Below are positions 13,939 to 27,621 of a stretch of DNA of 64,000 bases, piece after piece. The stretch's first letter is position 1; every line of letters starts with the position of its first letter. Both the position numbers and the translations under genes were made by a program. The stretch is taken from positions 22,878,001-22,942,000 of the forward strand of contig OX597838.1 of the NCBI GenBank assembly GCA_951406725.2, written 5' to 3'. Source of the DNA: Octopus vulgaris. Taxonomy: Eukaryota. The notes under the pieces were generated by a model. It did not search any database and was not told where the DNA came from. It was given only the letters and a program-made list of their open reading frames with translations.

Positions 13939-14130
13939 TTATTTTCGTCGGAGTCTGTCTGCTCGTTCCAGGCGGTCTTCAGGATCCTCGTCACTATGGT
14001 AACCACCGCCCAGAGCGGCAATGCCTCCCCGGGTGACCTTCATCAACTCGGCATCAGGACCCTTGTCAAAGTTCTCGTACAACAGGACGTTGAGAGTCTC
14101 TTCGAATATTCTGGCTTTGGGGTATTCCAC
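13939..14130 (-). CDS. KCTD10: KCTD10-like coding exon 5
   Basis: tttcag|[19 protein letters not shown]...DRLRRK then TAA. Confidence 0.94.
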   Translation of the reverse strand: MEYPKARIFEETLNVLLYENFDKGPDAELMKVTRGGIAALGGGYHSDEDPEDRLERADRLRRK

Positions 14131-14605
14131 CTGAAACGACAATTATCAATAAATAAGCTGACAGACAGACAGGTAGGTAGATAGATTGACTGACAAATAG
14201 ATAGATAAATAGGTAGGTAGGTAGGTAGGTAGGTAGGTAGGTGGGTAGATAAGTAGATTGATAGATAGATATATAGACAGATAGATAAATAGGTAGGTAG
14301 GTAGGTAGATAAGTAGATTGATACATAGATAAATAGGTAGGTAGGTAGATAAGTAGATAGATAGACAGACAGACAGATAGATAGGTAGGTAGGTAGGTAG
14401 GCAGATAGATAGATAGATAGACAGATAGATAGGTAGGTAGGCAGGTAGACAAACATACATAGATAGATAGATAGATAGATAGATAGGCAGGTAGGCAAAC
14501 ATAGATATATAGATAGACAGACAGACTGGTAGGTAAATACGTAGGTAGGGAGGTAGGTAGATAAATAGATTGCTAGCTAGATAGATCAATAAACGACTAG
14601 CTCGA

Positions 14606-14639
<34 letters not shown>

Positions 14640-17105
14640 AATAAATAGATCAAGCAACAGACAGAGACATACATAAACAGACTAACAGATTTATCATCAT
14701 CATCATCATCGTTTAACGTCCGTTTCCATGCTGGCATGGGTTGGACGATTCGACTGTGGTCTAGAAAGCCAGGAGGCTGCACCAGGCCCCAATCTAATCT
14801 GGCAGTGTTTCTACAGCTAGATGCCCTTCCTAACACCAACCACTCCAAGAGTGTTGTGGGCGCTTTTTACGTGCCACCGGCACAGGGGCCAGAAGAGCTG
14901 GCATTGACCACAATCAGATGGTGTTTTTTATGTGCCACCGGCACAGAAGCCAGTCAAAGTGGCACTGGTATCGGCCACATTCAGATGGTGCTTTTTATGT
15001 GCTACCAGCACGGGGCTCACAAGGTTCAATTCATATCCCTAATTTATATCACTTTGACCATCCTGACAGAGATTTGCTTGCCATTTCTAACAGCAAAATA
15101 CAACCACATAGAAGCTGTCCACTGGCTAAAAAAACAATACCCTTGCATACCATACTATTCTTCATACACATGCACATGCACACACACACAAAACCATACT
15201 AGAGCAAGCCCACTACCTATTAGTTTTAATATAAAGAGAAAAAAAGACATGATAGTACTTGTTAAAAAAAAACATTGTAGTAGCTGTTTAGCCCAGATCA
15301 GCTCTGAGTGAGCAGACCTATGATCAAAAGCATTCCAGCCATGACCATCTCATTTTTTTTTTTTTTTGCATATCTTGGACGACACGTATTCTAAGGTGGT
15401 AACTCTTTTACTTGTTTCAGTCATTTGACTGCGGCCATGCTGGAGCACCGCCTTTAGTCGAGCAAATCAACCCCAGGACTTATTCTTTATAAGCCTAGTA
15501 CTTATTCTACCGGTCTCTTTTGCCGAACTGCTAAGTTATGAGAATGTAAACACACCAGCATCAGTTGTCAAGCGATGTTGGGGGAACAAACACAGACACA
15601 CAAACATATACACAAACATACAGTTTCCGTCTACCAAATCCACTCACAAGGCTTTGGTCAGCCCAAGGCTATAGTAGAAGACACTTGTTCAAGGTGCCAC
15701 GCAGTGGGATTGAACCCAGAACCATGTGGTTCGTAAGCAAGCTACTTACCACACAGCCACTCCTACGCCTATATAAGGTGAAGTTAGAGGAAAATTAGCT
15801 GCTATTACTAGCCAGTCGAGTAAATGCATAGAAACTCCATGATTAGCTTACCTTGGTGTTCTTCTTATCAGTTCCATACACGATGGATGTGCAGCAGACT
15901 TCTGCAATTTTCTGAGAATGTCCATAGAAATACCAACAGCAGATTTCTGCGGTTCCAAAGACATCTTTTATGAGCAAGAGTCGGCCACCAAACTGAAGTG
16001 ACAACTTATCAAACAGTTCCAGGTTCTTCAGAAAGTTATCATCAGAATTACTGCAAAAGGAATATATCATTATTGTTTGTGGATGTATGCTTGCATGGGT
16101 CAGACAGATATTCATTGAGGCAGATTGCATATGACCAGAAGCCTTTCCTGTGGCCAACCCTCACCTGTTTCCAAGCAAGGCTAATATCTTCCCCAGAACG
16201 TAACGGCAGATGAAATACCGCTAAGTATTTTACCCGGCGTGCTAACATTTCTTATTTCTTTATTGCCCACAAGGAGTTAAACATAGAGGGGACAAACAAA
16301 GGGATTAAATCAATTACATCGGCCCCTGTGCGTAACTGGTACTTAATTCATCAACCCCCAAAAGGATGAAAGGCAAAGTCAACCTCGGCGGAATTTGAAC
16401 TCAGAACATAATGGCAGACGAAATACCGCTAAGCGTTTCGCCCGGTGTGCAAACGTTTCTGCCAGCTCACTGTGCCTCAATATAATCAATTAACAACCCT
16501 CGAATGGTGGTGCCCCAGCATAGCCACAGTCTAATGCAATCCAAACTAGTAAAAGGAGAAAATTGAAGACAAACTCACGTTGTGTATGAATACTTGTTGT
16601 TGTGTCTATTACAGCTGAGCTTGATCACTGGCTGAAAAGAAAGAGAGAGAGAGAGAGATAGAGAGTTGATTTCTAACATTGGCAAAAAGCAACAAGAAAC
16701 AAAGTGGTATAGTTGATTATATCGATCCCAGTACGTGACTGGTATTTTTTTATCATTGACCTTCCCAAAAGATGAAAGGCAAAACTGAAATCAAAAAAGA
16801 ACACAAAGGGTTGTAAGTAAATACCACAAGGCATTTTATCTGGCACTTAACTGATTCTGCTGACTGACTATGATGATGATGATAATGATAATAATAATAA
16901 TCCTTTCTACTAAAGTTACAAGGCCTGAAATTTGGTGGAAGGGGACTAGTTGATTACATCGACACCAGTGGTACTTAATTTATCGACCCCGAAACGATGA
17001 AAGGTAAAGTCGACCCAGGCGGAATTTGAACTCAGAACACGTATGCCAACAAAATGCCGCTAAGCATTTTGCCTGGCATACTAACGATTCTCCCAGCTCA
17101 CTGCC

Positions 17106-17153
<48 letters not shown>

Positions 17154-17184
17154 AATGATGATAATGATAATAATAATAATAATA

Positions 17185-17215
<31 letters not shown>

Positions 17216-20200
17216 CCACTAAACCTGTGCCAATATCCATTATAGTAACACAGCCTCTGAAAACAAATCAAAACCTGGTTGATTTCAGGATGGTTTTTCA
17301 AGTAACAATGGTTGACTCTATCGAAAGTTTTCCGCTGATCTAAAGCGATCAGAGACCCACAGAAGCCAGTTTTGTTCCCAATCCTCTCTATGATGGAATG
17401 CCTCAAGTGGGGGGTGTCATGGATGGACCTGGCAGAAACGTTAGCACGCCAGGCGAAATGCGTAGCCGTATTTCGTCTGTCGTTATGTTTTGAGTTCAAA
17501 TTCCGCCGAGGTCGACTTTGCCTTTCATCCTTTCGGGGTCGATAAATAAAGTACCAGTTACGCACTGGGGTTGATATAATCGATTTATCCCTTTGTCTGT
17601 CCTTGTTTGTCCCCTCTATGTTTAGCCCCTTGTGGGCAATAAAGAAATATATTTTGGATTGTGCAAACTGGCGCTTCCTTGATCAGATGACTGATGACAA
17701 GAACTAACCTTTTCGCCAACACTTTGGGCTGAAAATTGCCTCTCAAGGGTCACTAAAAAAAAACGAGGAAATGAGTGGTCACACCTAGTTTGGGTGGTTT
17801 GCACTTCTTTCTTTATTGCCCACAAGGGGCTAGACACAGAGGGGACAAACAAGGACAGACAAAGGAATTAAGTCGATTGCATCGACCTCAGTGCGTAACT
17901 GGTACTTAATTTATTGACCCCAAAAGGATGAAAGGCAAAGTCGACCTCGGCGGAATTCGAACTCAGAACGTAACGGCAGACAAAATACCTATTTCTTTAC
18001 TACACACATAGGGGACAAACAAGGACAGACAAAGGGATTAAGTCGATTACATCGACCTCAGTGCGTAACTGGTACTTAATATATCGACCCCGAAAGGATA
18101 AAAGGCAAAGTCGACCTCAGAACGTAACAGCAGACAAAATACCTATTTCATTACTACACACAGAGGGGACAAACAAGGACAGACAAAGGGATTAAGTCGA
18201 TTACATCGACCTCAGTGCATAACTGGTACTTAATATATCGACCCCGAAAGGATGAAAGGCAAAGTCGACCTCAGCGGAATTCGAACTCAGAACGTAACGG
18301 CAGATGAAATACCGCTAAGCATTTCGTCCAGCAAGCTAACGATTCTGCCAGCTCGCTGCCTTCGTGGTCTACACTAAATATTCTACAAAGTCATGCCAGC
18401 TTTGTTTGGCAACCACATGGCAGTCATCTACGCAAATGGTAGCAGAAAGCAGGAATTCAGCACGCTGTGAACCAGGGAGTGTAACAATACCGAAAAAGGA
18501 AACTAAGAAATACTTACTTTTCTGGAAGAGATGAACAGTAGATGTTCCTCTTCGGCGGAGGTCAATAAAGGAACGACACATTTCAACTGGATTTTCTTCT
18601 TCTTCAGTGCTGTTTCTATAATATTCTGTAGTTCTTGAATCATGTAGTATTTAGCTTCAGCATTTAGTTCTGTCAGTTCTGCTTTGCTTTCTGGCAATGG
18701 CACTGAACCATCTCGCAGAAAGTTCAAAATGGTTTCAAAATATTTACCATTCCGTTCAATGATAACAAAACCTGGATAAGAAGGATTATAAAAAGAAAGC
18801 AAAACAATGAAAATTTTCATTTATTGGACAACTGATTGAAAACTGGTTTCAAATTTTGGCACAAGGCCAGAAGCTTTTCGGAGAAGGGGGTAAGTTGATT
18901 ACATCAACCCCCAGTACTTGAATGGTACTTGTTTTATCAAGCTCAAAAGGATGACAGGCAAAGTCGACCTCAGTAGAATTTGAACTCAGAACAAATGCTG
19001 CTAAGCATTTTGCCCAGCATGCTAATGATTCTGCCATAATGGTTTCAAATTTTGCCACAAGGGCAGCAATCTTGGGAGAGGAGAGGAGTCGATTACATTG
19101 ACCCCAGTGTATAACCGGTACTTACTTCATCAACATCAAAAGGGTAAAAAAAAAGCAAAGTCAACCTCAGCAGAATTTGAACTCAGAACATAAAGATGGA
19201 CAAAATGCCGCTTAGCATTTTGCTCAGCATGCTAACGATTCTGCCAACTCGTCACCTCAATAACTGATATATTATTCCTCATTGTTAATTTTGTGTCTGC
19301 TTTTCTATGCTGGCATGAGTTGGATTGGTCATCATATTCTGAGTGGTTCATATGCAGAGAAGCTGCTCTCCTACACAAGCTCTGGCCATGTGTTAGACCA
19401 CATCTTGATCAAAGTGTTCCAGTTTGGTATGGTATCAATGGACAGTCTTCCTAACACGACGCACTAACAAATAAACAACCAAATCTTCCAAAATTACACC
19501 TTTTCTTAAGAAAGAAAACTGCCATCGGATAATATGGTTTGAAATAACGTGGTTTCCATACATTCAAACCTTTAGCATTCTGTCAAATATAATGCTTATT
19601 TATTCACATTGTTTAGAATTAATCTTGTAGCTTAAAAAAATAGTTAATCATAGATGCTAGGGACAATTCATTTGACTAAAAACCCTTCAAAGGCGGTGCC
19701 CCAGCATGGCCACAGTCAAATGACTGAAACATAAAAAAGATATAAGAAACACTTGAATTGATTTGTTTGACTAAAAACCCTTCGAAGCGGTGCCCCAGCA
19801 AGGCCGCAATCTAGTGATTGACACTAATAGATAGGGCCTCATGATCAAAGATGATAGGGGACCCTGCAGCCACCACCAAACATAATGTGTTACCTGTCAT
19901 TCTGTAACTGAACATTTGGATATTAAGTCATAATTCAGGTTCATGTTGTACATCACCCTGTGAAGGCGTGCAACCTTGTGGTTAGGGTGTTGCACTAATG
20001 ACTGTAAGAACGTGGTTTCAATTCCTGGACTGGGCGGTGAGTTGTGTTCTTGAGCAAAAAAAAATTCATTTCACGTCGTTCCTGTCCATTTAGCCGTAAA
20101 TGAGTAGTCCTGCAATGGACTGAATCCTGTTCATGGGGAATATTATTACCTCGGTCACTTACATGCCATGGAAACTGAGTAACCAGCCTCATGATTCTTA

Positions 20201-23200
20201 AGACTCAAAGATGGTAATGTCCAGGGGACTCGTTTACTAGTCCTGTGAGTCAATCAATTTCGTTTGATAATCTCTCTATATATAAAGCTGAAGTTGTCTG
20301 TATATGGCAGGTTTGGTAGCCTTCAACTAACGCTATCTCCTCCGAGACCCTGTGGCACAAGTTGACCAAAATTGAGAGTATGATAGAAGAAGGCTTGCTC
20401 TTCATTCCGTAGAAGAAAAAATTTAAATCGGACCATGTTAAGACCAAAAATTATTTACATCAAAAAGGTGCTTTTTTTCTATGAAAATCCTTATTTTTTA
20501 CGATTTTTTGACTGCTGTGTCGCCATGTTTTGGTGTATTTCAACCAGAAAAATGTTCACTTAAAGAGAATAACAAGCTACATAATGCAAAATTTTTACTT
20601 TTCAAAACTTCCAATTCTAAAGGGTCGAAAAGGAAACAAACCCGAGCTACGCCAGGCGATACTGCTAGTAACCAAATAAAGAAAAAATAAAAATAAAACT
20701 ATCATTGGACAGTGACCATGCCGAGGCACTGCCATGAAGAGTTTTAGTTGAACGAATCGAAACCCGGACGTATTTAAGCCTGGTACTTATTCTATCGGTC
20801 TCTCACATCGAACCGCTATATTATGAAGACGTAAACAAACACTTGTAGTCAAGCGGTAGTCGGGGACAAACACAAAGATATATATACACACACATATATA
20901 TATGTATATTTAAGTAGACAAATGAATTATCTTATTACGGATAATTCGAAAGATAACCGATACCTGGGTAGCAAACTCACAACAGAAAAAGCACGGTTGA
21001 AGTTACGACCATAGGGCATAAACTCCGTGTCTTAGTGCGGAAATTTGAAGTTTAATTTAATATATTAAGTATAGGAAAGAATGGAGCTGAACGAATGGAG
21101 CAGTCATCGAAAAACTTGTGCATTTTGTTGGCGAAATAAGTTCCTGGATTTTCCTGAAGAGAAAGCTGCATAATGGACTCCTTATTCATTCGGAATTAGG
21201 GATTTTGCAGACTTCGAAACATATGTCGAAAATAAAATAAAGGAATTTTGTTAAATCTTCGTTCAGCTCCATTCTTTCCTATACTTAATATATATATATA
21301 TATGTATGTATGTATGTATGTACGTATACGCCAGTCATCCTTCAGTTTCCGTCTACCAAATCCACTCACAAAGCTTTGGTTGGCCTGGGGCCACAGTAGA
21401 AGACACTTGCCCAAGGTGCCACGTCGTGGAACTATTAATAAAATATATACAACAGAATGGTGCTTGTCCGTCCGATTGTTGAAATGGTTGCTGGCAATTC
21501 CCACAGTTAAAATACAAGAATTCTCTGAGGTGTATTTCTATAATAGGTCGAAAATAATAATGTTGGTTCCACAGCATCACCAATTCCTAATTGGTTTCTA
21601 TTTCGAGCAAGTCTAGCAACTAAGTAGAGGCTTCCTCTTTCGCTACCAGAAACACACGAAAGGCGGATGTTTATTAAATTAAATCTTATCCTTCGTCCCT
21701 TAGAATACAAAGGAGTCAGTATATACCAAAAATGGTGAAACCGCAAATATTTTTGGTATGTAGTCTGCATCCACTAGTAATAATTTTTTTTTCTATTTTT
21801 TTTTAATATCGACACAAGGCTAAAATAGTTTGTGGAAAGAGAGCAGTCGTTTATATTGATTTTATCACAATGTGGTGAGGGGGGGACGGGAAAGAAAGGA
21901 ATATGGTTGAATATATCCACTCTAACACTTGGAAAGGATGGGAAACTAAAGTCGATTTGGTCGACATTCGAACTCACACTCAGATAGATGCAACGAAACA
22001 CCAGAAATTTTTCGATTTATAATGATGTGTAATAATAGCTGTTTCGAACTTGGATGCAAAGTCGGCAATTTTCGAGTAGGATTGGTGATGGTGTGTGTGT
22101 GTGTGTGTGGGAGGGGCGGGTTAGTCACTATCATCGATCCGTGTGTATTTTGATTGGAGCTTTTGTTTTATCGATACCAGAAGAAAGGCAAGAGCTGTCC
22201 TCGGCTAAAGTGCAACTGAGAACTTTAAAAAAAGTTGGAACAAATAATATTCCAAGGCACTTTGAGGGGGGGGGGGCGTTTTAACGGTTCTGCCAAATCC
22301 ACATTCTTTTAATAATAATAATAACAACAACGACAAGTTAACTGATTTTGTACCTACACATACATATAGATACATATACGCGAAACACACATACACCAAA
22401 TATTTATCAGTTTAAGATAAATCTCATTCCAACATATGACGAATAATACCAAATATTTAAATACTTAATGATAAAATATTTAAGGTAACACTTTTCATAA
22501 TCGTCAAATTAGACATGTTCTTTCTACGATATGCATAAGGCCTGGAAATAGAGGGAGCAAGTCAATTACCTTGACCCCCACCAGTGCTTAAGTAATATGT
22601 ACTTATTTATCAACATTGATAGGATGAAAGACAAAGTCGACCTCGGTAATAATAATAATAATAATAATGGTTTCTTTATTCACCACTAAAGATGCACACA
22701 GTGTCATCTTTTAGATGTGGGCACATTGGGCAGTTAACTAGGGCCTCACTGATCTAGAGGCCTAATTTTGATTTATATATGATGTAGCTTACTATCTAAT
22801 ACTATAGGGTCCACTGAACTGATTTGCTCGTGGGTCTGTAATGGTACTAAGACGGCGCTGTGTTCACACAAAGACCAAGGACGGTACAGGACAACACTAT
22901 ACGAAAAACCCTTCCTGCAATAGGCATAATGCCGGAAATATTTTTGGGGAAGGAACTAATTGGTTATATTACCCCTCAGTGCTCAACTGGTACTTATTTT
23001 ATGGACCCCGAAAGGATAAAAAGCAAAGCAGACCTCAACAGAATTTGAACTTAGAACGTGCTATAAAAAAATATATATATATATATATACATATAATAAT
23101 ATGGTAGCAATAACAAATAATAGCCGGAGTTTTACCATCAGAATCTCGTACGACTTCCGTTTTTCCAGAAAACATGGACTGCAATCTGTTATTGTGTTTG

Positions 23201-23301
23201 GTTAAAGTTCCTATAGTGGTGTAATGTAATGTACCACCGATGTTGAGTTTAACATAGTTAGACGGTTCTCCGGTAATCTTGGTCAGTTGTTCACCAGACA
23301 T
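13939..23301 (-). CDS. KCTD10: BTB/POZ CUL3 adaptor of the KCTD10/KCTD13/TNFAIP1 (BACURD) family, 287 aa; complement(join(13939..14130,15852..16050,16579..16631,18518..18771,23136..23301))
   Basis: T1-type BTB domain (YVKLNIGG...MFSG...[15 protein letters not shown]...AEAKYY) and the family-specific C-terminal block ([63 protein letters not shown]). The five exons total 864 nt with compatible phases 1, 0, 2, 0. The symbol denotes a co-orthologue of the three vertebrate paralogues. Confidence 0.95.
14160..14690. repeat. Compound (GATA)/(GGTA)/(GACA) microsatellite; similar tract at about 59850-60310
   Basis: Direct inspection. Confidence 0.95.
15852..16050 (-). CDS. KCTD10: KCTD10-like coding exon 4
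   Basis: gcag|[16 protein letters not shown]...GTDKKNTK|gtaagc. Confidence 0.95.
16579..16631 (-). CDS. KCTD10: KCTD10-like coding exon 3 (53 nt, not in the ORF track)
   Basis: tttcag|[19 protein letters not shown]|gtgagt. Confidence 0.93.
17300..17800 (-). mobile_element. Tx1/L1-clade LINE RT fragment interrupted by SINE B (17430-17650)
   Basis: [18 protein letters not shown] then RSIHDTPHL...[20 protein letters not shown] (degenerate LDQxKAFDRVxH). A similar decayed fragment lies at about 44900-45200 on -. Confidence 0.72.
18518..18771 (-). CDS. KCTD10: KCTD10-like coding exon 2
   Basis: ccag|[13 protein letters not shown]...FISSRK|gtaagt. Confidence 0.94.
20271..20668 (+). mobile_element. 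Non-autonomous Helitron
   Basis: A|TC start, subterminal hairpin CCCGAGCTACGCCAGG, CTAG|T end. Confidence 0.75.
21149..21232 (+). ncRNA. Type I hammerhead ribozyme motif (minimal, Penelope-associated type)
   Basis: Stem I TTTTC/GAAAA; core CTGAAGA (21154-60); long stem II GAAAGCTGCA...TGCAGACTTC; GAAA (21216-19); stem III AC-ATAT-GT with a palindromic loop; GTC cleavage triplet (21225-27). Confidence 0.72.
23136..23301 (-). CDS. KCTD10: KCTD10-like coding exon 1
   Basis: [23 protein letters not shown]...VVRDSD-G|gtaaaa, phase 1. Confidence 0.93.
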
Positions 23302-23306
23302 TGTCT

Positions 23307-23335
23307 CTGGAACCGTTAGTTACGAAAGGAATCAA
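23307..23335 (-). promoter_or_regulatory. Probable 5'-UTR intron acceptor with branch point just upstream of the KCTD10-like ATG
   Basis: Minus strand reads ttcctttcgtaACTAACggttcCAG|agacaATG, implying a non-coding first exon further upstream (not located). Confidence 0.55.
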
Positions 23336-23391
23336 AGAAACCAGGGTCATTCAATCCAAACAAAACAGCTACGTGCGTGCTCGCGCGCACG

Positions 23392-23429
<38 letters not shown>

Positions 23430-24176
23430 ATGATATATATATATATAACAGTAGGTTTCTTGTATATGCGTGTGTTTGTGTCCGTGCGAAGAGGAAGAAT
23501 CGGTTAGTCTTTTGTTTTTGTTATTTTCTCTTGAGGTAAACGTACGTGGTTAGTTTTGATATGAATTCTTCCTGCTATTTCTCTATCATGACTATTCTTC
23601 CAAAGCTAAAGACAACATTCCTGGGTAAGAAGAATCCAAGACACACGCATTTCATCCCAAATATATGTAGACACGCACTTATATATACATATATATATAT
23701 ACGTATATATATATATGTATATAACCTATGAAGTGCGTGTGTCTGATAAAACACTTAAACACGGCTCTAGATGTGAAGAACACACAGAAGCTGTCGACAG
23801 TTGTCTGCCCCTGATGTCTGTTGTGATGCCAATTAGCAGGGGTGAGATAACTGCGTAAGGTTTCCTTTCGTTCTCGCCAATCCCACCACCCACATCAAGA
23901 ATGAAACGTCATTCTATTATATTTATTTATTTATTTATTTATATGTTTATTTCCTTGCTTTATTTGTTTATGGTGTTATTTTTAAACCAATCCTTTATGT
24001 AATAAGGTTCCGCCTCCGCCCCCCCCCAAAAAAAGAAGCAACAAAAAAAAAAATAATAAGGAAAAGGTAGTCGTATGAGCTATACTTCCCTACCCACATA
24101 TATTTCTCATGATCAGTCATCAATGAATGACAATTTTACGTCATCACTATACATTTAAATACTTATACATATAAAT

Positions 24177-24215
<39 letters not shown>

Positions 24216-25013
24216 TGTCTTCTGTTAGTAGGCTGCGGTCATGCTGGGGCACCGTCCGGGTGAATTGTGGTCGAATGATTCGACCCCAGTACTTATTTAC
24301 TCTTTTACTCTTTTACTTGATTCAGTCATTTGACTGTGGCCATGCTGGAGCACCACCGCCTTTAGTCGAGCAAATCGACCCCAGGACTTATTCTGTGTAA
24401 GCCTAGTACTTATTCTATCGGATCTCTTTTGCCGAACCGCTAAGTTACGGCGACGTAAACACACCAGCATCGGTTGTCAAGCGATGTTGGGGGGACAAAC
24501 ACAGATACTCAAACACATACACACACATACATATACATTTATATACATACATATACATATATATATATACATGTATACATATATATATATACATATATAC
24601 ATATATATTCATATATATATATATATATACATGTATACATATATATATATACATATATACATATATATACATATATATATATATATATACATATATACAT
24701 ATATATATACATATATACATATATATATATATATACATATATACATATATATATACATATCATCATCATCATCATCATTTAGCGTCCGTTTTCCATGCTA
24801 GCATGGGTTGGACGGTTCAACTGGGGTCTGGGGAGCCCGAAGGCTGCACCAGGCCAGTCAGATCTGGCAGTGTTTCTACAGCTGGATGCCTTCCTATCCG
24901 AGAGTGTAGTGGGTGATTTTATGTGCCACCGACACAGGTGCCAGTCGAGGCTATCGGATGGTGTTTTTATGTGCCACCGACACAGGTGCCAGTCGAGGCT
25001 GGCGAATATATAC

Positions 25014-25094
<81 letters not shown>

Positions 25095-25415
25095 TATATA
25101 GGACGGGCTTCTTTCAGTTTCTGTCAACCAAATCTACTCACAAGGCTTTGGTCGGCCCAAGGCTATAGCAGTAGACACTTGCCCAAGGTGCCATGCAGTG
25201 GGATTGAACCCAGAACCATGTGGTTCATAAGCAAGCTACTTACCACACAGCCACTATTACTTATTTATTTATTTTTCAACAAAAACCTAGAACTTATTCT
25301 ATCGGCCACTTTTGCCGAACCGCTAAGTTACAGGAACGAAAACACACCAAAACCAGACGTCAAGCGGTAGTAGTGGGGGGGGGGGAAGAAACGCAGACAC
25401 AAAGACACATACACA

Positions 25416-25453
<38 letters not shown>

Positions 25454-25590
25454 CCTCCCCCCTCTCTCTCTCTCTCTACTGATGGTGCTCCAGCATGGCC
25501 ACAGCCTTAGGGCTGAAACGCATTAAAGAATATATATATACTAGCTAGCCCCATGTCATCAAAAATGACAGCTAATTGTAGTATTTTATA

Positions 25591-25990
25591 TCTTTATATA
25601 TAAAAGAGAGGTTGTGTGCTGTCTGTCTCCTACGATTTAGATTCCTAACTACTCCCACATTTTGCGGTGCAGTTTAACCAAAACCGGGTAACTTATAGTC
25701 GTGATTCATATCGAGCCCTTCTGGGTAATTAGCGCACATCTACGATGAGTCTATGATTTAAAAAAAAATTTACCATCAATTTTTCCCATTTTTAATGCAT
25801 TTTTGGCATATATAAGGGAAGTAACTCTCTAAAAATTTATTATTAAATCTCAGAACGTAAAAAGTTACAGTAACACCCACCTCCCTTTGTGGTTAGCCAT
25901 ATTGAGATGGCTATTATACTTTACATCTCTAAAAATGCTTATATGGTTATTTCCTTTACAAACCCGAGCAACGCCGGGTGATACTGCTAG
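25591..25990 (+). mobile_element. Non-autonomous Helitron
   Basis: A|TCTTTATATATAAAAG start and CCCGAGCAACGCCGGG..ATACTGCTAG|T end, shared with 20271-20668. Confidence 0.78.
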
Positions 25991-26014
25991 TATATAAATA
26001 AAGTACAAAACCAA

Positions 26015-26392
26015 GTGGAGGTGCAATGGCCCAGTGGTTAGGGCAGCAGACTCGCGGTCGTAGGATCGCGGTTTCGATTCCCAGACCGGGCGTTGTAAGT
26101 GTTTATTGAGCGAAAACACCTAAAGCTCCACGAGGCTCCGGCAGGGGATGGTGGTGATCCCTGCTGTACTCTTTCACCACAACTTTCTCTTACTTCCTGT
26201 TTCTGTTGTACCTGTATTTCAAGGGGCTGGCCTTGTCACTCTCTGTGTCACGCTGAATATCCCCGAGAACTACGTTAAGGGTACACGTGTCTGTGGAGTG
26301 CTCAGCCACTAACACGTTAATTTCACAAGCAGGCTGTTCCGTTGATTCGGATCAATCGGAACCCTCGTCATCGTAACCGACGGAGTGCTTCC
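26015..26392 (+). mobile_element. tRNA-derived SINE family C, full-length copy
   Basis: Head GGAGGTGCAA-TGGCCCAGTGGTTAG...GGTTTCGATTCCC. The body matches 30040-30348; related copies at about 1330-1625-, 2310-2882-, 33905-34182- and 47215-47508-. Confidence 0.85.
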
Positions 26393-27517
26393 CCCACAAA
26401 ACCAAGTTTTTAGTTTAATAATTCTTTTATAACCAAATTTATAATAAACCTTTCAATTGCAGTCGCTTTATATTCTTGATAGACTGAGGTAATAATTATT
26501 TTCTCTAATGAGTTTATATAAGTAAACGTTTGTGTAGGTGTGTGTGATTGTAATGATTATTTTTAGCAAAACAGACACTTGTCAATATTATCTAGCAGTT
26601 ATCGTTTGTTACTGATAAAAAGCTGGTTCGCGCATACAAACATTCACATACTTCCCTTGTACACGCCCACACACATACACACATATACTCACACAGAGTT
26701 GAAACGCTGTTTGATTTTCCTTTTCAGCATTGAATGTTTACCATCCTACTTCTATTGCACACACATACACACACACACAGTCACATACCTTCCTTTCACA
26801 TACACACGCATATACTCACACAGAGTACATTTTCCATCACTGTAGAATTTCCATCATCCTACTACCAAGTTTGCCATCACCCCTTCCTTCCTTATTCATC
26901 TATCATCCTTCCTTTCTCATTTGTATGCTGTGACAGAGAAAAACACATGAGTATTTTTGTAGTATATATTCTTTTATTCTTGTACTTATTTTATCGGTTT
27001 CTTTTGCCAAACCACTAAGTTACAGTGACATAAACACACCAACATCGGTTGTCAAACAATAGTGAGGGCGACAAACTCAGATATACAAATACATATGTAT
27101 AAATATATATAAATATATACTCTTTTACTTGTTTTCAGTCATTTGACTGCGGCCATGCTGGAGCACCGCCTTTAGTCGAGAAAATCGACCCCGGGACCCA
27201 TTCTTTGTAAGCCCAGTACTTATTCTATCGGTCTTTTTGCCGAACCGCTAAGTGACGGGGACGTAAACACATCAGCATCGGTTGTCAAGCAATGCTAGGG
27301 GGACAAACACAGACACACAAACATATACACACACACTTACATATATATACATATATACGACAGGCCTCTTTCAGTTTCCGTCTACAAATCCACTCACAAG
27401 GCATTGGTCGGCCCGGGGTTATAGCAGAAGACACTTGCCCAAGATGCCACGCAGTGGGACTGAACCTGGAACCATGTGGTTGGTTAGCAAGCTACTTACC
27501 ACACAGCCACTCCTGCG

Positions 27518-27565
<48 letters not shown>

Positions 27566-27582
27566 GACAGATAGATAGATAG

Positions 27583-27621
<39 letters not shown>

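Noticed and set aside
24005-24150. KCTD10 promoter (GC box CCGCCTCCGCCC, CRE-like TTACGTCA)
   Set aside because: Short motifs with no transcription-start evidence; plausible but not supportable from sequence alone.
26015-26092. tRNA gene
   Set aside because: The tRNA-like segment continues directly into a multi-copy SINE C body and lacks a proper acceptor stem.
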